NCBI GenBank assembly: GCA_043810925.1
Contig: JBDRNT010000069.1
Location: forward strand, 1 to 64,000
From: Candidatus Eiseniibacteriota bacterium
GTDB lineage: Bacteria > Arandabacterota > Arandabacteria > Arandabacterales > Arandabacteraceae
DNA: 64,000 bases
Reading direction: 5' to 3'
Position numbers and translations under genes: made by a program. Numbering within the stretch: position 1 is the first letter of the stretch; every line of letters starts with the position of its first letter. A model generated the notes under the pieces. It worked only from the letters and a program-made list of their open reading frames with translations. It was not told the DNA's origin and searched no databases. This document shows, piece by piece, positions 9,065 through 18,376 of this stretch.

Positions 9065-9553
9065 TTACTCGCTTACTTTGTAGCCAATGTTCCTGAGGAG
9101 TCGTCTCCTCTTCTTCTTGTCGTCTTCGCCTTCGATACCCACGGGCCGCATCCCGTCAAGCACTCCGACCACACCCCGCGTCTCACCCGATTCGACTACC
9201 AGGAGAGAAACGGGATTTGCGGTGGCGCAGAAGACACTGCACACTTCTGGGCACGCCTTGATCGCCGGCAAGATGTTTATGGGATAAGCATCCCGCATGA
9301 ACGCTATGAAAAAATGACCGGCCCCTACCCTTTCGGCCGTAGCCGCCGCGGCTTTCATGAGTTCCTCGTCGTTTCCCTCGAACCTCACCAGACGATCCAT
9401 CGAGGCTTCGCAGAAAGCTACTCCGAACTTGATGTCGGGGACCGAGTTCTTGAATACCTCGTAGAGGTCCTCCGCTGTCTTTACGAAGTGTGATTGCCCC
9501 GCGATGACATTCGCACCTTCAGGGATATCCACTTTCACCGCTTCGATTTCCAT
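9065..9553 (-). CDS. Adenosine-specific kinase family protein (DUF355)
   Basis: NVIAGQSHFVKTAEDL, FGVAFCEAS, VGAGHFF, YPINIL, EVC.VFCATANP, RGVVGVLDG. Confidence 0.85.
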   Translation of the reverse strand: MEIEAVKVDIPEGANVIAGQSHFVKTAEDLYEVFKNSVPDIKFGVAFCEASMDRLVRFEGNDEELMKAAAATAERVGAGHFFIAFMRDAYPINILPAIKACPEVCSVFCATANPVSLLVVESGETRGVVGVLDGMRPVGIEGEDDKKKRRRLLRNIGYKVSE

Positions 9554-9584
9554 CTGTCAAACACCTCCCACAAGTTGACTCCTT

Positions 9585-9613
9585 ATTAAACCCCGGCCCG
9601 CCGCCCCTGTCAA
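9585..9613 (-). promoter_or_regulatory. Sigma70-type promoter
   Basis: Minus strand TTGACA-17-TTTAAT. Confidence 0.55.
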
Positions 9614-9769
9614 CCCTCCGCCATGCGAAGTCACGGAGAATCACTTCCGCACACTTCTAGTTGCATGATCCTGAAACCCGCCGGCCTAGCCTTTGGGACG
9701 CAAGCAAATGTCTCACTCCGAGCAAGGCGGACCGAAGGCGAGCCCGCACTCAGGGTTCTGAGGACGCTT

Positions 9770-9840
9770 AATTTCAAGACCTGACCCCGGGGCTCGCCCG
9801 GAGTTCACCGGGGTTTTCCGGGGGTTCGCCGGGGTTTGAC
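9770..9840. repeat. REP-like half site followed by five 10-11 bp tandem CCGGRG-type units
   Basis: TTCAAGACCTGACCCC (9773-9788), then ccggggctcgc/ccggagttca/ccggggtttt/ccgggggttcg/ccggggtttga. Confidence 0.6.
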
Positions 9841-9864
9841 AGCGGCGGTGGGAAGCCCTACAAT
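9836..9864 (+). promoter_or_regulatory. Near-consensus sigma70 promoter for the M42-MFS operon
   Basis: TTGACA-17 bp-TACAAT. Confidence 0.75.
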
Positions 9865-9894
9865 AAACATCTAAAATCAACAGAGGAGGCTTAC

Positions 9895-10956
9895 GTGGGA
9901 ACCGCAGAATTTCAGAAGCATGTCGACCTTCTAAAAGAACTGATTCTGACTCCGGGGGTCTCGGGATGGGAAGACCCGGTCCGGGACAAGATAGCCGGGA
10001 AGGTCGCCAGGTTTGGCGAGACCAGGGTTGATGCCATGGGTAACCTCACCCTTACCTTAGGCCGGGGGGACAAACACGCCCTTTTCGTGGCCCACATGGA
10101 TGAGATCGGACTCTTGGTGAGTCACATTGAAGACGGCGGTTTCATAAGGATAAGGAAGGTCGGAGGTCTTGATGACCGGGTGCTGCCCGGAAGAATGGTC
10201 GATGTTTATCCTGAAGGCAGGCTCGAGCCTGTGCCGGGCGTGATCGGACTCAAACCGCCCCACCTCATGAGGGATAGGGCCAAAGAGATGGCCGAGGTCG
10301 TGAAGCCCGAGGACGTCTACATCGATATCGGAACAACTTCGCGTGAGGAGACCGAGGCCCTGGGGATTGCCAAGCTGTCACCGATTTTGCTCAGGAAGCA
10401 CTTCTCGCTGCTTGCCAACGACCTTGTGGCGACACGGGGACTTGACGACCGGCTGGGCTGTGCGGCTCTCATCGAGGTGCTTGACCTGATCGATCCGGCA
10501 GCCCTTGACCTTAAAGTAACATTCGCCTGGTCGGTCCAGGAGGAACTGGGCTTAAGAGGCGCCTATGCCCTCGGCAACACCCTCCGTCCCGACTTCGCCG
10601 TCGCCATTGACTCCTGCACGACCGGTGATTCACCGCAGGTCGATTATCACCTCTCGGCCGTGAGCCTCGGCCAGGGACCGGTCATGAGGATGCTCGACCG
10701 TATGGCCTTTGCCTCGAGGACTCTGATGAAACACGTAGGTGAGGCCGCAGGCAAGGAGGGGATTCCCCTCCAGGTCGCACTGACGGGCGGTGCCACGGAC
10801 GGAGCGGCGCTTCAGACCTTTAATGTGTTGATGATACCTCTTTCCGTGCCCGTAAGATACGTCCATTCGCCTGCCGAGGTGATGAGCCTCAGGGATTACG
10901 ACAATCTCGTGAAGCTGCTGGCGCTTGTTGTGAGGAACATATCCGCATGGTCGTAG
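9895..10956 (+). CDS. M42 family (TET-like) aminopeptidase
   Basis: GVSGWE, AHMDEIG, GLDDRLGC, SVQEELGLRGA, AIDS, GGATDG, RYVHSP. Confidence 0.92.
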   Translation: MGTAEFQKHVDLLKELILTPGVSGWEDPVRDKIAGKVARFGETRVDAMGNLTLTLGRGDKHALFVAHMDEIGLLVSHIEDGGFIRIRKVGGLDDRVLPGRMVDVYPEGRLEPVPGVIGLKPPHLMRDRAKEMAEVVKPEDVYIDIGTTSREETEALGIAKLSPILLRKHFSLLANDLVATRGLDDRLGCAALIEVLDLIDPAALDLKVTFAWSVQEELGLRGAYALGNTLRPDFAVAIDSCTTGDSPQVDYHLSAVSLGQGPVMRMLDRMAFASRTLMKHVGEAAGKEGIPLQVALTGGATDGAALQTFNVLMIPLSVPVRYVHSPAEVMSLRDYDNLVKLLALVVRNISAWS

Positions 10957-12176
10957 GACACTCCGTCCAGACATTCAGCGCGCTCAGCCACAGGAATTAC
11001 AGGCTGTTTCTCACAGGTCAGGTGATTTCCCTATCCGGAACATGGATGCAAACCGTCGCACAGGCCTGGCTGGTTTATGAGCTCACCAAGTCCGCGTTCG
11101 CCCTGGGCGTGGTCGGTTTCGCAACCCGTGTGCCCATCATCTTCCTGTCGCTGTTTGCGGGTGTGCTTGCGGACAGGATCAACAAGCGAAACATCCTCCT
11201 CGTAACGCAGACGGTCGCAATGATCCAGGCGTTCGTTCTTGCGATTCTCACCCTCACCGGGGTAGTGAGATTCTGGCACGTTGCAGTGCTGGGGACACTG
11301 CTGGGAGCGACACAGTCCTTCGACGCACCGACAAGACACAGCTTCTTTAAGGAGATGGTCGGACGTAAGGATCTCATGAATGCAATCGCACTCAATTCCA
11401 CCGCGTTCAATATGGCGAGACTGATTGGGCCTGCCATTGCCGGTGTGCTGATCTATGCCATAGGTGTGGGAGGATGCTTCCTGGTCAACGCCTTTTCGTT
11501 CCTGGCAGTGATCGGCGCATACCTGCTGATGAGGCTGGAGCGCACGCCAAGAGATGTCCCGAAGGCTAGCCACTGGGATGAGCTCAAGGAAGGGCTGCAG
11601 TATGTCAAGTCGCATGTCGTCATACGGCGGGCCGTAAGCCTGATCGGTCTGGCGAGCCTGTTCACTTTCTCATATGGGACCCTCTTCCCGGTTTTTGCCA
11701 GCCAGGTCCTTCAGGGTGACGCGGGAACATATGCCGGGCTGATGACGGCAGCGGGAGCCGGTGCTCTTGTCTCGGCCCTCGTCGTCGCATCCCTCGGTAA
11801 CTTCGATCGTAAGGGGCTACTCACATCGGCAGGGGTGGTCTTGTTTCCGCTGACCATCATTGCTCTCACGTTCACCGGAGCCCCTCTCACCGCCATGGTA
11901 ATGTGTTTTGTGCTTGGTCTTGCCATGATCCTGCTTACCGCAAGCATGAATACGCTTGTCCAGTCAGCGATCACGGACAGGCTCAGGGGCAGGGTAATGA
12001 GTTTCTACGTGCTGGTCTTTCTTGGGCCTCTGCCCTTCGGGAATCTGCTTGCAGGGCACCTTGCGGAGACTCTCGGTGTGATCACCACTCTGAGGCTTGG
12101 TGCCGGAATAAGCCTCGTGGTGAGCTCGATCCTGCTCATTCGGACTCCGGAGTTCATCAAGTTCAGAGCATCGTAG
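10947..12176 (+). CDS. MFS transporter (MFS_3/DUF894-like)
   Basis: About 12 TM; GTWMQTVAQAWLV, GVLADRINKR, LRGRVMS. Confidence 0.9.
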   Translation: MVVGHSVQTFSALSHRNYRLFLTGQVISLSGTWMQTVAQAWLVYELTKSAFALGVVGFATRVPIIFLSLFAGVLADRINKRNILLVTQTVAMIQAFVLAILTLTGVVRFWHVAVLGTLLGATQSFDAPTRHSFFKEMVGRKDLMNAIALNSTAFNMARLIGPAIAGVLIYAIGVGGCFLVNAFSFLAVIGAYLLMRLERTPRDVPKASHWDELKEGLQYVKSHVVIRRAVSLIGLASLFTFSYGTLFPVFASQVLQGDAGTYAGLMTAAGAGALVSALVVASLGNFDRKGLLTSAGVVLFPLTIIALTFTGAPLTAMVMCFVLGLAMILLTASMNTLVQSAITDRLRGRVMSFYVLVFLGPLPFGNLLAGHLAETLGVITTLRLGAGISLVVSSILLIRTPEFIKFRAS

Positions 12177-12438
12177 CAGGGCGAATGTGAGCCGACGGTG
12201 CCGGATCCATTGATTCCAGCGATGTCCCGCGTGACAACACCGTGAGTGACAATCCACTTGGATTGGGTAAAGCAATAGACTCCGGCACCGCCTGCAATTC
12301 TCTATGACTACCAGGGGACAACGCTCGAACAACACCCAGGGGAGTGGTGTTTCAGTCTCACTATACCCACTCGACCGCTCCCTGGGAACCCCCGGATTTC
12401 AGCGCCGTGGGGGCTTCCGGCCCACGACCTGAAACCAG

Positions 12439-12467
12439 TTGCCAAACCGCGGGGAACGTGCTACAGT
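12439..12467 (+). promoter_or_regulatory. Sigma70-type promoter for mdh
   Basis: TTGCCA-17-TACAGT. Confidence 0.55.
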
Positions 12468-12507
12468 CCTACGCTGGTGGCTAGGGTTTATTGAAAGGAG
12501 GCCCGGT

Positions 12508-13443
12508 GTGGCACGGAAGAAGATCAGTCTTGTTGGCGGTGGGCAGATTGGCGGCATACTTGCGCTTCTCGCGGCCCAGCGGGAACTCGGGGACATTGTC
12601 GTCGTCGATATCCCTGATAAAGAAAACTACGTAAAGGGCAAGACCCTGGATATCATGGAATCGACGCCCGTGCTCGGTTGTGATGCCAATGTCTCGGGCA
12701 CCGGCAACTACGCGGATATCAAGGGCTCTGATGTGAACATCGTCACAGCGGGGCTGCCGAGAAAGCCCGGTATGTCCAGAGAGGACCTTCTGGATACGAA
12801 CATCAAGATCATAACCGTGGCAGCGGAGAATATCAAGAAGTACGCACCCGACTCATTCAACATCATCCTCACAAACCCGCTCGATGCTATGGTCTATTCC
12901 TTCAAGAAGCTCACGGGTTTCTCCAAGGAGAGAGTAGTCGGAATGGCCGGTGTGCTTGACACATCGAGATTCTGCTCATTTGTTGCCATGGAACTCGGCG
13001 TGTCGGTCGAGGACATTGCCGCCACCGTCATGGGCGGTCACGGCCCGACAATGGTGCCGCTGCCCAGACTCGCCACGGTCGGCGGGATCCCACTGACCGA
13101 ACTGATGCCGAAGGAGAAGATCGACGCCATCGTGGAGCGCACCCAGAAGGCCGGAACCGAGATCGTGAAGCTCCTGGGCAACGGAAGCGCCTACTTCAGC
13201 CCGGCGGCGAGCGCAATCGCCATGGCAGAGTCTTTCCTTAAGGACAAGAAGCGCATTTTCCCGTGCGCAGCCATGTGTGAAGGTGAATACGGTATAGATG
13301 GGTATTACATCGGTGTGCCGGTGGTTATCGGTGCAGGTGGTGTGGAGAAGATTCTCAAGCTCAAGCTTACCGACGAGGAGAAGGGCATGCTTGCCAACTC
13401 ACTCGAAGCAGTCAAGAAGGCGGTTGCCGAGACCAAATTATAG
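12508..13443 (+). CDS. mdh: Malate dehydrogenase (LDH-like)
   Basis: GGGQIG, TAGLPRKPGMSREDL, GMAGVLD..RF, GGHG; GTG start after AAGGAGG. Confidence 0.95.
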   Translation: MARKKISLVGGGQIGGILALLAAQRELGDIVVVDIPDKENYVKGKTLDIMESTPVLGCDANVSGTGNYADIKGSDVNIVTAGLPRKPGMSREDLLDTNIKIITVAAENIKKYAPDSFNIILTNPLDAMVYSFKKLTGFSKERVVGMAGVLDTSRFCSFVAMELGVSVEDIAATVMGGHGPTMVPLPRLATVGGIPLTELMPKEKIDAIVERTQKAGTEIVKLLGNGSAYFSPAASAIAMAESFLKDKKRIFPCAAMCEGEYGIDGYYIGVPVVIGAGGVEKILKLKLTDEEKGMLANSLEAVKKAVAETKL

Positions 13444-13463
13444 TCGCGTGAGTAAGTATATTT

Positions 13464-13500
13464 AAGCGGGGGTGGTGCGAAACCGCCCCCGTTGCTTTTG
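13464..13500 (+). terminator. Rho-independent terminator after mdh
   Basis: CGGGGGTGGT-gcga-ACCGCCCCCG followed by TTGCTTTT. Confidence 0.65.
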
Positions 13501-13523
13501 CCGGCCACGCTGCCGGCCCGTTT

Positions 13524-14426
13524 CTATACCTGTCCCAGGCGCCTGATCGTATCCTCGTGCTTGCGCCACTTTTTCCGGACTTCAACCTTGAGTTCGAGGT
13601 ATACGCTCTTACCCACAAAAGACTCTATCTCGCTGCGTGCGGCACTCCCGAGCCGCTTGAGCGCCTTGGCCCCCTTGCCGATCAACATCCCCTTCTGGCT
13701 GTCCCGTTCACAGATCATGATCGCTCGTATGTAGTCCTTGTCGCTTTCTCGTTCCTTGTATTCATCGACAATCACGGCGACCGAATAGGGTATCTCTTCG
13801 CCGAACTGCTCGAAGACCTTCTGGCGTATGATTTCGCTCACGAAGAACTTCTGCGGTCTGTCGGTCAGATCCTCAGGTGGGTAGTACGGCGGCCGCGCTG
13901 GTAGATTTGACACTATTGCCTGTTTGAGCACATCAAGCCCATCGTCTTTGAGTGCGGACACCGGTATAACATCTTTGAACGGAAATAGGTCGCTGTAATG
14001 CTTGATTATCGGAAGGAGGTCGGACTTGGTAACGAGGTCTATCTTATTGACAACAAGGATCACCGTCTTATTCAGGCTCTTGAGCCGCTTCAGAACATCG
14101 GTCTCGCGGTCGATCTCCGGCACGCGTGATTCGACCATCAGCGCCACCAGATCAGCCTCCTCTATGGCCGACCACGCTGACCTGACCATCAGGTCCTGTA
14201 ACGCGTACTTGGGCTTCACGAGACCCGGGCTATCAAGGAAGATCACCTGGTAGCCATCTTCATTCAGTATTCCAAGCATCTTGTGCCTGGTGGTCTGAGG
14301 CTTGGATGTCACGATAGACAGCGGGAAGTTAAGCAGTTTGTTTACGAGCGTGGACTTGCCTACATTCGGCCTGCCCACAACGGCGACATAACCACACCTG
14401 AAGTCCGCGGAAGAACAACCACTCAT
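13524..14426 (-). CDS. era: GTPase Era
   Basis: GRPNVGKS, KPQTTR, DSPG, NKID; KH domain with IGKGA. Confidence 0.96.
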   Translation of the reverse strand: MSGCSSADFRCGYVAVVGRPNVGKSTLVNKLLNFPLSIVTSKPQTTRHKMLGILNEDGYQVIFLDSPGLVKPKYALQDLMVRSAWSAIEEADLVALMVESRVPEIDRETDVLKRLKSLNKTVILVVNKIDLVTKSDLLPIIKHYSDLFPFKDVIPVSALKDDGLDVLKQAIVSNLPARPPYYPPEDLTDRPQKFFVSEIIRQKVFEQFGEEIPYSVAVIVDEYKERESDKDYIRAIMICERDSQKGMLIGKGAKALKRLGSAARSEIESFVGKSVYLELKVEVRKKWRKHEDTIRRLGQV

Positions 14427-14454
14427 ACGCTGCTATCCATCTCGTCTGTTGCTC

Positions 14455-14910
14455 CTAGAAGTAATATCTTATTCCTACACCGCCGTTCACACGGAATTCC
14501 GTACTCGGCGCGACATCGAGTACGGGAGCCACCTCGAAGAAAACATCCAGAGGTGGGCCGGCAAGCACATAATCAATGCCCAGCGGAACGCGCACACCGA
14601 TCGTTGAGTCGTCTTCCTCCGCCTTGATCCTCCCTCCTATACCCGCATAGAGAAGGACCCTGCCCGCATCGGCCTCTGCCACAGCCGGCCTCCGGTGGAA
14701 GAGATAATCAACGTGGGCATGAAAGGCACCCTCGTTCTCAAACGACCAGGCCGCAGCACCGGCCAGGGCCGTCCCGTCGGTCATCCACTGTTTAAAGCTC
14801 ACCCCCGTCGGCTCTCCGATCACGATACCCAGACCGATCCCGCTCGACTCTTGAACCGAACCTGCCACACAGACCAGCACTGCTGCCAAAACAATCAAGG
14901 GTGTCCTCAT
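14455..14910 (-). CDS. Small outer-membrane beta-barrel protein (DUF3996-like)
   Basis: Signal peptide, GLGIVIGEPTGVSFK, GVRVPLGI, C-terminal beta-signal GIRYYF. Confidence 0.75.
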   Translation of the reverse strand: MRTPLIVLAAVLVCVAGSVQESSGIGLGIVIGEPTGVSFKQWMTDGTALAGAAAWSFENEGAFHAHVDYLFHRRPAVAEADAGRVLLYAGIGGRIKAEEDDSTIGVRVPLGIDYVLAGPPLDVFFEVAPVLDVAPSTEFRVNGGVGIRYYF

Positions 14911-15128
14911 CTACTCGACCTCCCCTTTGTCACATATTCACGTGTTCGCATCGGCATTGAGAATCATGGCTAAGTGCGAGACGTGTGTCAAGCAGAGAAG
15001 CCCGACTTTGCCGACACACCGGCGTGAAACAGGTTGCCGACATGGTCAGGATGGGCTAAATTGTATTTAACGTGCGGCCGGCTTGTGGCCGCCGGTACTC
15101 CCGGCCCCTGATTGAAAGGAGAAGAACG

Positions 15129-17024
15129 ATGAAGTATCTCAGCCTCGTTGCGATCGCCGCTGTTGTGCTCTCAGTGAGCAGCACTTATTGCGCTGCGGAG
15201 GATTTTGAACCGATATCCGAAGCAGATAAGGAGTTTTACTCATTCGATCTTGAGAAGGCCTTCTATGCCGATGATGCAGCATACGAGGCCGATCTTGATG
15301 CCCTCGTCGGAGACATCGAGAAACTTGAGGCCTTAAAGGGCAAGGTGATCGAATCCGCCGATAACCTCTATGAAGCCTACCGCTTAAGCGACGCGATCAT
15401 CCCGGTCTGGTGGAAGCTCTGGGTCTATAGCTACCTCAAGTATGCGATCAATACAGATGAAGACAGCTACTATGACAGGATTCAGAAGGAATCAGGCGAC
15501 CTCGAGGGCCGGATCCAGTTCGTAAAGACCGAGACACAGGGAGTCGATGACGAGACTCTGGAGGCCTATTACCGGGCGAGACCCGACCTTAAGGCTTATG
15601 CATTTGCGATCGAGGAAGCCAGGCGGCACGCGCCCCATACGCTCTCACTGCCGGAGGAAGAACTCCTGGCAACGCTCGCCCCCTATCTCGGACCCTGGTC
15701 CGAAGGACTCTATCAGACGGTAATAGACAGAACGGATTTCCCCGACATCGTTGTCGATGGAGATACTTTCGATGTCAACATAAACTACTCCGCCCTGATA
15801 AACATGGACGACCGGGATGTCAGGAAAGACGCCTGGAAGGGCTATTTCGGCAGCATGGCGGAACACCGGGACCTCTATGCGTTCACGATCGTCAAGGCGA
15901 TGGAGACCAGGGATAAGCTCGCAGCCTTAAGAGGATTCAGGAACTTCCCGGATTCGAAGTTCTTCGATCTCTACCTGACGTACGGTGAAGTCTCGAGTTA
16001 CTTCGATGAAATCGCAAACCATGCCTATCTCAGGAAAGAGTATGAAAAGGTCAGGCGCGCTAGAATACTCGCTGATACAGGTTATGACACGGTCTATATC
16101 TGGGACCGGACAGTACAGGCCGGGGACTTTGAAGTACCGAGATTCGAGATCAGACATGCGTCAGACGTCATAAAGAAGGCGCTGGCCCCGCTCGGGGAAG
16201 AATACCGGACGGAGCTTACCCACCTGCTCGATCCTGCCAACAGGCGGCTCGACATAGTCGGTGGTGAGAAACGAGTACCCGGGATGTTTTCAATAGGGCA
16301 TCCCGGTGGAACAACCCAATTCTTTTCAATGAGTTACAACGGTTACCTCACGGAAGTTCAAGGGCTCGCCCATGAGAGCGGCCATGCAGTACACCATATG
16401 TTACAGACGAATGCCGGCGTCATGCCGATCTATTCGGATGGGCCGCGCTACATCACGGAGTCGATCGCGATCACCAACGAGCTTCTGATCAACTACCACC
16501 TTTATGCAGGTGAGCAGGATCTGAAGACAAAAGCCTACTACCTTGAACAGTTCCTCGAGCAGGCTCTGGGACTCTTGACCAATAATATGTTTGCCAACCT
16601 CGAGCTCAAGATGTATGAGGGCGTTGAGGATGGTACTCTCAAAGAAGCCGATGACTTCGACAAGCTGGCTTATGATATGGTCACGCCCTACAGCATGTAC
16701 TACGGGATGCACCCTGAATACAAAGGACTCTGGGCCGTCATACATCACTACTTCGATGCACCGATGTATAACGTCAACTACGTCTTTTCCCAGGCGATCG
16801 CGTTGGTCTTATTCGATAAGATCATCAACGAACCGGGGTTCGTTGACAAGTACGTCAGCCTGCTGAAGTCGGGTTTCGACATGCCTGCACCGGAGATGGC
16901 CATGGAGAAGACCGGGGTCGACGTACTCGATCCGGCTCTGCTGACTTCAGGGTTCGCTTTCCTTGAGGAGAAGACCCAGGAACTCAGAGACCTCTACGCC
17001 CGGATCGGTATCACCACCGACTGA
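15129..17024 (+). CDS. pepF: Oligoendopeptidase F (M3B) with an N-terminal signal peptide
   Basis: LAHESGHAVH zinc motif and downstream TESIAITNE; hydrophobic signal MKYLSLVAIAAVVLSVSS. Confidence 0.8.
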   Translation: MKYLSLVAIAAVVLSVSSTYCAAEDFEPISEADKEFYSFDLEKAFYADDAAYEADLDALVGDIEKLEALKGKVIESADNLYEAYRLSDAIIPVWWKLWVYSYLKYAINTDEDSYYDRIQKESGDLEGRIQFVKTETQGVDDETLEAYYRARPDLKAYAFAIEEARRHAPHTLSLPEEELLATLAPYLGPWSEGLYQTVIDRTDFPDIVVDGDTFDVNINYSALINMDDRDVRKDAWKGYFGSMAEHRDLYAFTIVKAMETRDKLAALRGFRNFPDSKFFDLYLTYGEVSSYFDEIANHAYLRKEYEKVRRARILADTGYDTVYIWDRTVQAGDFEVPRFEIRHASDVIKKALAPLGEEYRTELTHLLDPANRRLDIVGGEKRVPGMFSIGHPGGTTQFFSMSYNGYLTEVQGLAHESGHAVHHMLQTNAGVMPIYSDGPRYITESIAITNELLINYHLYAGEQDLKTKAYYLEQFLEQALGLLTNNMFANLELKMYEGVEDGTLKEADDFDKLAYDMVTPYSMYYGMHPEYKGLWAVIHHYFDAPMYNVNYVFSQAIALVLFDKIINEPGFVDKYVSLLKSGFDMPAPEMAMEKTGVDVLDPALLTSGFAFLEEKTQELRDLYARIGITTD

Positions 17025-17028
17025 TAAG

Positions 17029-17074
17029 ACTGGGGTCAGGCTTTGAATTCAAGAATTCAAAGCCTGACCCCAGT
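17029..17074. repeat. Perfect 22-bp inverted repeat (REP-like palindrome; may also terminate transcription)
   Basis: ACTGGGGTCAGGCTTTGAATTC-aa-GAATTCAAAGCCTGACCCCAGT, then TTT. Confidence 0.85.
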
Positions 17075-17081
17075 TTTCTAT

Positions 17082-17166
17082 TGGTGCCGGGAGGGGGACT
17101 TGAACCCCCACGGGCGAACCCATACGCCCCTCAAGCGCACGTGTCTACCAGTTCCACCATCCCGGC
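17082..17166 (-). tRNA. tRNA-Leu(GAG)
   Basis: GCCGGGATGGTGGAACTGGTAGACACG-TGCGC TT GAG GG GCGTA-long variable arm-GGGGGTTCAAGTCCCCC-TCCCGGCACCA; usual position after secG. Confidence 0.96.
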
Positions 17167-17205
17167 TCTTGGGCTTTACTACTACGGTCAATGTCGGACT
17201 CAGGC

Positions 17206-17586
17206 CTATTGCCCAGTCGGTGCCTCCGCAGGCATATCCGAAGGGGTTTCCCCAGCTGGTGTTCCGGTGGGAGGCATCTCGCCCGGCACTGTCTGGCCGG
17301 CCGGCGCCTCTGCCGGCGGCCTGGCTTCACGGTCCCCGAGCACGCTCCTCTGCCTTCCCCCTCTGGGGATAAGACTAAGCGTGATCGATGTCAGCATGAA
17401 GAGAATCGCCAGTGCCGCAGTGGCCCTGGCAAGAATACCGCCAAAACCCTTGCCACCCATGACAGACCCCCCACCTCCACCACCGAAAACACTCGCCATG
17501 CCACTGCCCTTTCCTGTCTGGAGCAGCACCACGATTATCAAGCCGAGGCAAATTAGAACATGTAGTCCGGTAATCACGCTGATCAT
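17206..17586 (-). CDS. secG: Preprotein translocase subunit SecG
   Basis: [18 protein letters not shown], two TM helices, Pro/Ala-rich tail; follows tpiA. Confidence 0.93.
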   Translation of the reverse strand: MISVITGLHVLICLGLIIVVLLQTGKGSGMASVFGGGGGGSVMGGKGFGGILARATAALAILFMLTSITLSLIPRGGRQRSVLGDREARPPAEAPAGQTVPGEMPPTGTPAGETPSDMPAEAPTGQ

Positions 17587-17589
17587 CGG

Positions 17590-18372
17590 CTACTCATCTC
17601 CTCCTGTCTTATATGATAGGATTCTTGTGAAGATCGCGGCGTCAAGGCTGGCCCCTCCGACAAGAGCACCATCTATGTCGGCCTGAGCCATCAGGGCCAC
17701 GGTATTATCAGGCTTCACACTACCACCATACTGGATTCGTATCCTGAGCGCAACCTCTAATCCGTGCAGATCTATGAGGATATTGCGCACGAATGCGTGG
17801 ACCTCCTGAGCCTGTTCCGGGGTGGCGGTCTTGCCCGTGCCGATGGCCCAGATGGGCTCATAGGCGACGACCGTTCTCAGCATCTCCTCACCGCTGATGC
17901 CCCTCAGCGAACCCAGCAATTGGCCTCTGACGACATCCTTCGTGGTGCCCGCCTCCCGCTCTTCAAGGTTCTCTCCGATGCAGATGATCGGCAAGAGGCC
18001 GTGATCGTGCAACGCCTTGGCCTTCTTCGCCACCCAGTCATCGGTCTCACCAAAGTGCGTCCGCCGTTCTGAATGGCCCACAATCACATAGTCACAACCG
18101 ATGTCCTTTAGCATCACCGTCGACATCTCGCCGGTGAAGGCCCCCTTGTCTTCCCAGTGGCAATTCTGGGCTCCCAACTTGACATCACTTCCCTTGAGCA
18201 CCTCACCAACCGCAGCCAGCGCACCGAAGGGCGGACACAGCACTGTGTCGATCTCACGGGCAATGTTCAAGGTCGAGTTCTTCACATCGAGCGCAAGTTT
18301 GCGCGCTTCGGCGACGGTCTTGTGCATTTTCCAGTTTCCAGCAATAATCGGTTTTCTCACTACTGCCTTCAT
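17590..18372 (-). CDS. tpiA: Triosephosphate isomerase
   Basis: AGNWKMH, GHSERR, AYEPIWAIGTG, YGGSVKP. Confidence 0.97.
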   Translation of the reverse strand: MKAVVRKPIIAGNWKMHKTVAEARKLALDVKNSTLNIAREIDTVLCPPFGALAAVGEVLKGSDVKLGAQNCHWEDKGAFTGEMSTVMLKDIGCDYVIVGHSERRTHFGETDDWVAKKAKALHDHGLLPIICIGENLEEREAGTTKDVVRGQLLGSLRGISGEEMLRTVVAYEPIWAIGTGKTATPEQAQEVHAFVRNILIDLHGLEVALRIRIQYGGSVKPDNTVALMAQADIDGALVGGASLDAAIFTRILSYKTGGDE

Positions 18373-18376
18373 GCGC

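Noticed and set aside
17082..17166. tRNA-anchored genomic island or prophage
   Set aside because: No integrase or duplicated tRNA 3' end was seen in the window.
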